A model generated the notes under the pieces. The model was given only the letters and a program-made list of their open reading frames with translations. It searched no databases and was not told the origin of the DNA. The position numbers and the translations under genes were made by a program. A stretch of 55,598 nt of DNA from Hypanus sabinus (lineage: Eukaryota): the NCBI RefSeq assembly GCF_030144855.1, contig NW_026779338.1, forward strand, positions 62,001-117,598. Direction: 5' to 3'. Positions within the stretch are counted from its first letter, which is position 1; every line of letters starts with the position of its first letter. Positions 51,210-55,598 of this stretch are shown here, one piece after another.

Positions 51210-52520
51210 TGATTGAGTGGCATAATATGATTAGGAGTAGTCAGTATGGCTTTGGCAAAGGCAGGTCGTGCCTTACGAGCCTGATTGAATTCTTTCAGGA
51301 TGTGACTGAGCACACTGATGATGGTAAAGCAGTGGATGTAGCGTATATGGATTTCAGCAAGGCATTTGATAAGGTACCCCATGCAAGGTTTATTGAGAAA
51401 GTAAGGAGGCATGGGATCCAAGGGGACATTGCTTTGTGGATCCAGAACTGGCTTGCCCACAGAAGGCAAAGAGTGGTTGTAGATGGATCATATTCTGCAT
51501 GGAGGTCGGTCACCAGTGGAGTGCCTCAGGGATTTGTTCGGGGACCCGTACTGTTTGTGATTTTTATAAATGACCTGGATGAGGAAGTGGAGGGATGGGT
51601 TAGTAAATTTGCTGATGACACAAAGGTTGGAGGTGTCGTGGTTAGTGTACAGAGCTGCCAGAGGTTACAGTGGGACATAGATAGGATTCAAAAATGGGAT
51701 GAGAAGTGGCAGATGGAGTCCAACCCAGGTAAGTGTGAGGTGGCTTATTTTGGTAGGTCAAATATGATGACAGAATATAGCATTAATGGTAAGAGTCTTG
51801 GTAGATCAGTGGGATCTTGGAGTCCGAGTCCATAGGACACTCAAAGCTGCTGCACAGTTTGACTCTGTGGTTAAGAAGGCATACGGTGCATTGGCCTTCA
51901 TCAATCGTGGGATTGAGTTTAGGAGCTGAGAGGTAATGTTGCAGCTACACAGGACCCTGGTCTGACCCCACTTGGAGTACTGTGCTCAGTTCTGGTTGCC
52001 TCACTACAGGAAGGATGTGGGAACCAAAGAAAGGGTGAAGAGGAGATTTACAAGGATGTTGCCTGGATTGGGGAGCATGCCTTATGAGAACAGGTTGAGT
52101 AAACTCGGCCTTTTCTCCTTGGAGCGACGGAGAATGAGAGGTGACCTGATAGATGTGCGTAAGATGATGAGAGGCATTGATTATGTGATCGTCAGAGGCT
52201 TTTTCCAGGGCTGAAATGGCTGCACGAGAGGGCACCATTTTAAGGTGCTTGGAAGAAGGTACAGAGGAGATGTCAGGGATAAGTTTTTTATGCAGAGCAT
52301 GGTAAGTGTGTGGAATGAGCTGCAGGCAATGGTGGTGGAGGCAGATAGGATAGGGTCTTTTGAGTGACTCCTGAACAGGTACATGGAGCTGAGAAAAATA
52401 GAGGGCTATGGTTAACCCTCGGTAATGTCTCAGGTAAGGACAGGTTCAGCACAGCTTTAGCACAGCTTTGTGGGCTGAAGGGCCTGTATTATGCTGTAGG
52501 TTTTCAGTGTTTCTATGAGT
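51210..52520 (+). mobile_element. CR1 RT and 3' end
   Basis: ORF 51071-51835 'QYGFGKGRSCLTSL...SKFADDTK' and ORF 51972-52214. Confidence 0.9.
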
Positions 52521-52763
52521 GTAACACAACTGATCAAGGGTACAATCAACAGTACCAAGTGGGTGCTACACAAAGCTATTCCCAACTCTTAGCAAGTCAT
52601 TACACTGAATCCCTAACCCACCCACCCCAGGACTAGAAAAATTCTCACCCGCTTCTGTTGGGGAAAAAGAGAGGTGAATCATCCTCGTGTCTTTGGGCCA
52701 AAATTGATTCCTCAGCTGGCAGCTCTCTCAGCAGGTGACCTGGGTCATTGTCAGACTGCTTAC

Positions 52764-52800
52764 CACAGACTCCGCTGTGTGCAAACTGGCACTGTGTTTC
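52764..52800 (-). CDS. Candidate 37-nt tail exon ETQCQFAHSGVC(A)
   Basis: Acceptor ccattgcag| and donor TG|gtaagc; phase 0 to 1. Chains in frame between 53009 and 51166. Confidence 0.3.
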
Positions 52801-53008
52801 CTGCAATGGTGACTGAACGTCAGGAAAGCTGTCCCAGGGCTTGGCAGGGTTTTATGCTGTCATCAGGAGGTGAAGGGATGGTAATGAAATCATAAGGGAG
52901 AGAGAGGGGGTGTGGTACAATCTCTTGCCTAATCTGAACACAAGAGTCTCATGCTCTGCCAACAAGGAATAATATGGATAAAACATCACTCGGGAAGACA
53001 TTTGTTAC

Positions 53009-53123
53009 CTGGGTCAGTTCCGGCTGTTCACAGTTGCTGTAATAATGTTCCTCCATCTTCAGCCGGTCTCTCACAAACACCACTTCAGATTTGTCTTCTG
53101 GCTTTCCTCTATTTCCATCAGGT
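53009..53123 (-). CDS. Probable cytoplasmic exon: PDGNRGKPEDKSEVVFVRDRLKMEEHYYSNCEQPELTQ
   Basis: Acceptor tgtgtttcatcttttcag| and donor CAG|gtaaca. Only the phase 2 to 0 frame is open; hydrophilic with a tyrosine motif. Confidence 0.6.
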
Positions 53124-53254
53124 CTGAAAAGATGAAACACAGTTCTGTGTTTACAGACATGCCACTGATTGCTTTTGAAGAGGTTCCTGCAGTCAATTTC
53201 AAAAACCTGCTGAAGGTCTGGTAATGGTAAAGGGTGTAACAGCAGCACACTTTA

Positions 53255-53640
53255 CGGAATCAGGAGTTTTCAAGACATGAGAACACGGTGGCGGATACGG
53301 GGTTGCGGGGGCGGGGGGGTGCGGGGGTGCTACCTCCCTGAAATGAGCTTTTGCAGCGCATGTCCAGGTGCTCCGACACGGTAGCAGGCCGCGGGTCTCC
53401 GGGAACGTGGTGGACCTCGGACCAGGCCTCCACGATCGGTCCAGGTACGGTCTGGAGTTGAAGCAATTCTGGCGCGTCCATGATCTCCAGCTGGGTCAGT
53501 AACTTCGCCAGGGTGTTGTTGATCTTGCCAGATGTAGCAAATTGGAGGTTTAGAAGGGTTTCTGGGGTATAGGACAGTGTAGAGGGCAGTTTGCTCGGCA
53601 GAGCACACGCAGAGTCGCCAGTTACCGGCGCCATCTTAAA
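53255..53640 (-). mobile_element. Probable 5' end of a Rex1/L2-like LINE (GC-rich)
   Basis: Begins aagatggcgccg; 'LSYTPETLLNLQ' resembles the Y.REELL.LR leader seen at the start of such elements. No RT present. Confidence 0.4.
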
Positions 53641-55598
53641 TAATACTCTGGACCCTGATTCCCGTGTGCCTATAACACACTGGGCCCTGACTCTTGTGGT
53701 CCCAACAACACACTGGGCCCTGACTCTTGTGGTCCCAACAACACACTGGGCCCTGACTCTTCTGGTCCCAACAACACACTGGGCCCTGATTCCCATGTGC
53801 CTATAACAGGCTGGACCTGATTCCCGTGTCCTTATAACACACTGGGCCCTGATTCCCGTGTGCCTATAACACACTGGGCCCGGATTCCCGTGTCCCTATA
53901 ACACACTGGGCCCGGATTCCCGTGTCCCTATAACACACTGGGCCCTGATTCCCGTGTCCCTATAACACACTGGGCCCTGTTTCCCGTGTTCCCTATAACA
54001 CACTGGGCCCTGACTCCTGTGGTCCCAACAACACGCTGGGCCCTGATTCCCATGTGCCTATAACAGGCTGGACCTGATTTCCATGTCCCTATAACAGACT
54101 GGACCCTGATTGTTGTGTTCCCTATAGCACACTGGTCCCTGTTTCCTGAGCCCCGATAACAAATGGTCCTTGCTCACGTGATCCATATAACAGACTGGGC
54201 CCTGATTCCCGTGTCCCTATAACACACTGGGCCCTGATTCCCATGTCCCCTATAACACACTGGGCCCTGATTCCCGTATGCCTATAACACACTGGGCCCT
54301 GATTCCCATGTGCCTATAACACACTGGGCCCTGATTCCCGTGTGCCTATAACACACTGGGCCCTGATTCCCGTGTGCCGATAACACACTGGGCCCTGATT
54401 CCCGTGTGCCTATAACACACTGGGCCTGATTCCCGTGTGCCGATAACACACTGGGCCCTGATTCCCGTGTGCCGATAACACACTGGGCCCTGATTCCCGG
54501 TGTCCCTATAACACACTGGGCACTGATTCCCGTGTGCCTATAACATTCTGGGCCCTGATTCCCGTGTGCCTTTAACACACTGGGCCCTGATTCCCGTGTG
54601 ACTATAACACACTGGGCCCTGATTCCCGTGTGCCGATAACACACTGGGCCCTGATTCCCGTGTGCCTATAACACACTGGGCCCTGATTCCCGTTGTCCCT
54701 ATAACACACTGGGCCCTGATTCCCGTGTGCCTATAACACACTGGGCCATGATTCCCGTGTGCCGATTACACACTGGGCCCTGATTCCCGTGTGCCTATAA
54801 CACACTGGGCCCTGATTCCCGTGTGCCTATAACACACTGGGCCCTGATTCCCGTGTCCCTATAACACACTGGGGCCTTGATTCCCGTTGTCCCTATAACA
54901 CACTGGGCCTGATTCCCGTGCCCTATAACACACTGGGCCCTGATTCCCGTGTCCCTATAATCAACACTGGGCCTTGATTCCCGTGTCCCTATAACACACT
55001 GGGCCCTGATTCCCGTGTCCCTATAACACACTGGACCCTGATTCCCGTGTGCCTATAACACACTGGGCCTTGATTCCCGTGTCCCTATAACACACTGGGC
55101 CCTGATTCCCGTGTGCCTATAACACACTGGGCCCTGATTCCCATGTGTCTATAAAACACTTGGCCCTGATTCCCGTGTCCCTATAACACACTGGGCCCTG
55201 ATTCCCGTGTGCCTATAACACACTGGGCCCTGATTCCCGTGTCCCTATAACACACTGGGCCCTGATTCCCGTGTGCCGATAACACACTGGGCCCTGATTC
55301 CCGTGTGCCTATAACAGACTGGGCCCTGATTCCCTTGTGCCGATAACCACACTGGGCCCTGATTCCCGTGTGCCGATAACACACTGGGCCCTGATTCCCG
55401 TGTCCCTATAACACACTGGCCCTGATTCCCGTGTCCCTATAACACACTGGGCCCTGATTCCCGTGTGCCTATAACACACTGGGCCCTGATTCCCATGTGC
55501 CTATAACACACTGGGCCCTGATTCCCGTGTCCCTATTAACACACTGGGCCCTGATTCCCGTGTGCCTATACACACTGGGCCCTGATTCCATGTGCCTA
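53640..55598. repeat. 32-bp tandem satellite running off the window end (~60 units)
   Basis: Unit aacacactgggccctgattcccgtgtgcctat. Its minus-strand ORFs have a 32-aa period (three units). Confidence 0.97.

Noticed and set aside
52820-52933. Alternative terminal exon IRQEIVPHPLSLPYDF...GQLS* after a 75-nt intron
   Set aside because: Phase-compatible but has no recognisable motif; cannot be distinguished from chance without transcripts.

Overview
Eukaryotic DNA, most likely from a cartilaginous fish (inferred from the CR1/Rex1/L1/Tc1 repeat content and a fold-back element I associate with elasmobranchs). Most of the window is decayed transposable elements and satellite DNA, and almost all of the listed ORFs are repeat fragments. 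The host content is a minus-strand cluster of Siglec/CD22/MAG-like receptor exons, found by reading splice sites: two signal-peptide exons (10174-10255, 32887-32968), two V-set exons that keep the sialic-acid-binding Arg (7376-7744, 29798-30166), two copies of a terminal cytoplasmic exon ending ...NVYENF...SIYANM* (24475-24585, 46131-46241), and an upstream tail exon (53009-53123). These are organised by a ~21-22 kb tandem duplication (about 6.8-27.26 kb and 27.27-48.0 kb). Its junction joins a CR1 fragment in the last intron of an upstream gene to a 44-bp satellite in the intron after the V exon of the downstream gene. The middle locus is therefore a chimera of leader + V + terminal exon, with no C2 or transmembrane exon that I could find. 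Spliced as written it encodes a 150-aa secreted, V-domain-only Siglec-like protein. This model comes from sequence alone; expression is untested and an assembly artefact is not excluded.
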